Source: Nitrospirota bacterium
Lineage (GTDB): Bacteria > Nitrospirota > Thermodesulfovibrionia > UBA6902
NCBI GenBank assembly: GCA_016234115.1
Contig: JACRHD010000018.1
Coordinates: 20,724 to 84,723 of the forward strand
DNA: 64,000 nt
Reading direction: 5' to 3'
Positions 62,452 through 64,000 of the stretch are shown piece by piece. The notes beneath the pieces were generated by a model. It was given only the letters and a program-made list of their open reading frames with translations, searched no databases and had not been told where the DNA came from. How positions within the stretch are numbered: position 1 is the first letter of the stretch; every line of letters begins with the position of its first letter. A program made the translations under genes and the position numbers.

Positions 62452-62760
62452 TTAAGCTACTGCCTGTTTAAGATCCTTGATTGAATGGATGGATTTAAGC
62501 TCTTTGCCGTACTGCTTTTGCGCCTCTTCAATATCGTAGAGGGTCTGCAAATTCATCCAGAATTCCGCCTCGACCCCAAAGAATTTGCCAAGCTTGACAG
62601 CCGTTTCAGCCGTAATACTTCTCATCCCTCTGATAATCTGGCCCAACCTTGCTTGCGTAAGTCCGGTTTCTTTAGACAACCGATAAACAGATATGCCCAT
62701 CGGGACGAGAAATTCTTCTTTAAGGATTTCACCAGGGTGAATATTTTTTAAATGCCTCAT
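62452..62760 (-). CDS. higA: HigA family antitoxin (HTH-XRE)
   Basis: IHPGEILKEEFL, RSITAETA, FWMNLQ. Confidence 0.93.
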   Translation of the reverse strand: MRHLKNIHPGEILKEEFLVPMGISVYRLSKETGLTQARLGQIIRGMRSITAETAVKLGKFFGVEAEFWMNLQTLYDIEEAQKQYGKELKSIHSIKDLKQAVA

Positions 62761-62800
62761 AACGCCACCTCTTTAAATGTTATATACAATTAATTGCGGA

Positions 62801-63088
62801 TCAGTGATAATCCGTTATCTCTACGTCATGCGTATTTCCATCTTTCCATCTGAAACATATGCGCCATTGATCGTTGATTCTTATACTCCTCTGTCCTTCT
62901 CTGTTGCCTTTAAGTATTTCGAGTCTGTTATTCGGCGGTACCCTCAGGGTTTCAAGTGTCGTAGCAGCCGCAAGCATTCTCAGTTTGCGTCTTGCGATAT
63001 TATGAAGATTGGCCGGTAATTTTATTTTCTTTGAAAATCGACCTCTCCATATAAGCTCCGTCTCTTCATCCCCGAAGGATACTATCAT
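62801..63088 (-). CDS. higB: HigB / RelE-ParE family toxin (plasmid killer type)
   Basis: MIVSF, LRVPPNNRLEIL, SIRINDQWRICFRW, VEITDYH. Confidence 0.93.
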   Translation of the reverse strand: MIVSFGDEETELIWRGRFSKKIKLPANLHNIARRKLRMLAAATTLETLRVPPNNRLEILKGNREGQRSIRINDQWRICFRWKDGNTHDVEITDYH

Positions 63089-63382
63089 TTAACAATACTA
63101 TCTTGCAGGAAAGCAAAAGTCAATGTCCCCTTAACAGTCTGGAAGATAGGAAGATAGGGTGTGTTCTTGGTTCTGTGAACTTTCTCTGTGATAAAACAGA
63201 AACAAGAAGTTGAAGGAGTCAGAACGTCCCCAAAGTTCTGCACGAAAGTAGTTGAATTTGTGAATTGTGTAGACGCGACACCATATACTTGCTTTTCGGG
63301 GTCTGGGCTTGAAAATGTCCTCGGCTATTCCACTTTCCGTCCCTGACCCCGCTTGCTTCCGTCCATCTGGCGGTTCAAGAGC

Positions 63383-64000
63383 TCACTTCCCTTTTTTCCT
63401 CTTTTCTTCACACCATCTTACTCTTGATCTCGCAGAATCAATAAGGTAATCATACGTGTGAATGTCGATTGCTGAGCTTTGTACCATTTCTCGTCGTAAC
63501 TCATCAGTTGATTTATCGACATCTTTTCGCCGTCCAATAAGGATTAATCCTTTGACATTTGAATCAATGTCCGTTAGGCCTAATCCTTTTTTATTTCTTT
63601 CTCTAGTTGCATAGTCGCGACTACTTTTTATCCATGATCGCCAATCATGAATCTGTCTGATTGCATGAGTAAGGTCTTTTGTTGGGTCTCCTTTTTTGTT
63701 AAACATCTTAGCGTTCGGACTTTCCAACTCAACGGCAACCCAGTTAAAACCGTAAGAATGCCGTTCGCCAATAATAAAATCAGAAACGTATTCAGAGCCG
63801 AGTTTTTGTTTAGGTATCACCCAGCGACCTCCCCCGCCAACTAAGTGTTGTACAAGCAAAAGAGGAATTTCTGTCAATATTTTCTGCACATCTTCTTCCC
63901 TCTTTGCAGATTCAATTGCTGTTTCTAATTTAGTTAAATCACCATCGGTGAGATCATTCCACCACACATGAAATTCTCTCAAGGGATCGTCTCTAAGAAA
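63383..64000 (-). CDS. DUF4263 (Shedu SduA-like) nuclease-domain protein, 5'-truncated by the window
   Basis: EYVSDFII, WVAVELESP, AIRQIHDWR, LIIGRR-like LILIGRR, TYD; frame open to base 64000. Confidence 0.78.
   Translation of the reverse strand, partial: FLRDDPLREFHVWWNDLTDGDLTKLETAIESAKREEDVQKILTEIPLLLVQHLVGGGGRWVIPKQKLGSEYVSDFIIGERHSYGFNWVAVELESPNAKMFNKKGDPTKDLTHAIRQIHDWRSWIKSSRDYATRERNKKGLGLTDIDSNVKGLILIGRRKDVDKSTDELRREMVQSSAIDIHTYDYLIDSARSRVRWCEEKRKKGK

Noticed and set aside
63340-63385. Integron attC site after the DUF4263 gene
   Set aside because: No convincing RYYYAAC/GTTRRRY pair with inner boxes, and no integrase in the window.
361-63844. The many short ORF-track entries antisense to or overlapping recognised genes (e.g. 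7566-8042, 10461-11273, 20996-21754, 48870-49700, 56680-57306)
   Set aside because: Shadow ORFs of GC-rich coding sequence; no motifs or RBS, and they overlap confidently identified genes.

Overview
64 kb of bacterial chromosome. Gene content suggests an anaerobic Nitrospirota (Thermodesulfovibrionia-like) or deltaproteobacterial genome; this is an inference, not a placement. In order: holB(3' end)-ricT-metG-MOSC-mogA-ccdA; a complete dcw cluster (mraZ to ftsZ, minus strand); xerD; a LonC-type protease; tRNA-Val(CAC); pilMNOPQ-lipoprotein-aroC-aroKB; a sigma-54 two-component system beside a CbcBA-like multiheme cytochrome c/cytochrome b module and system II cytochrome c maturation genes; trmN6, gph, rlpA; a TIR + methyltransferase + MjaI-family restriction cassette; class II RNR nrdJ with NrdR boxes; terC, cmk-like, cvfB, yehS, an aminotransferase, higBA and a 5'-truncated DUF4263 (Shedu-type) nuclease. 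The most striking unexplained signal is about 24 loci of short tandem-heptamer arrays. They are usually arranged as purine-rich arm / spacer / pyrimidine-rich arm inverted repeats. They sit at gene junctions and are also translated in frame inside essential enzymes (MetG, MurC, MurD, MurE, MurG, AroC). Four of them abut GTAG-type REP hairpins, and nonamer arrays and several other palindrome families co-occur. Other notable points: pilM has no canonical start codon; three identically spaced sigma-54 promoter/enhancer modules; a histidine kinase with a periplasmic CxxCH. All calls come from reading the sequence by eye, with no database searches. Repeat boundaries are approximate to a few nt.
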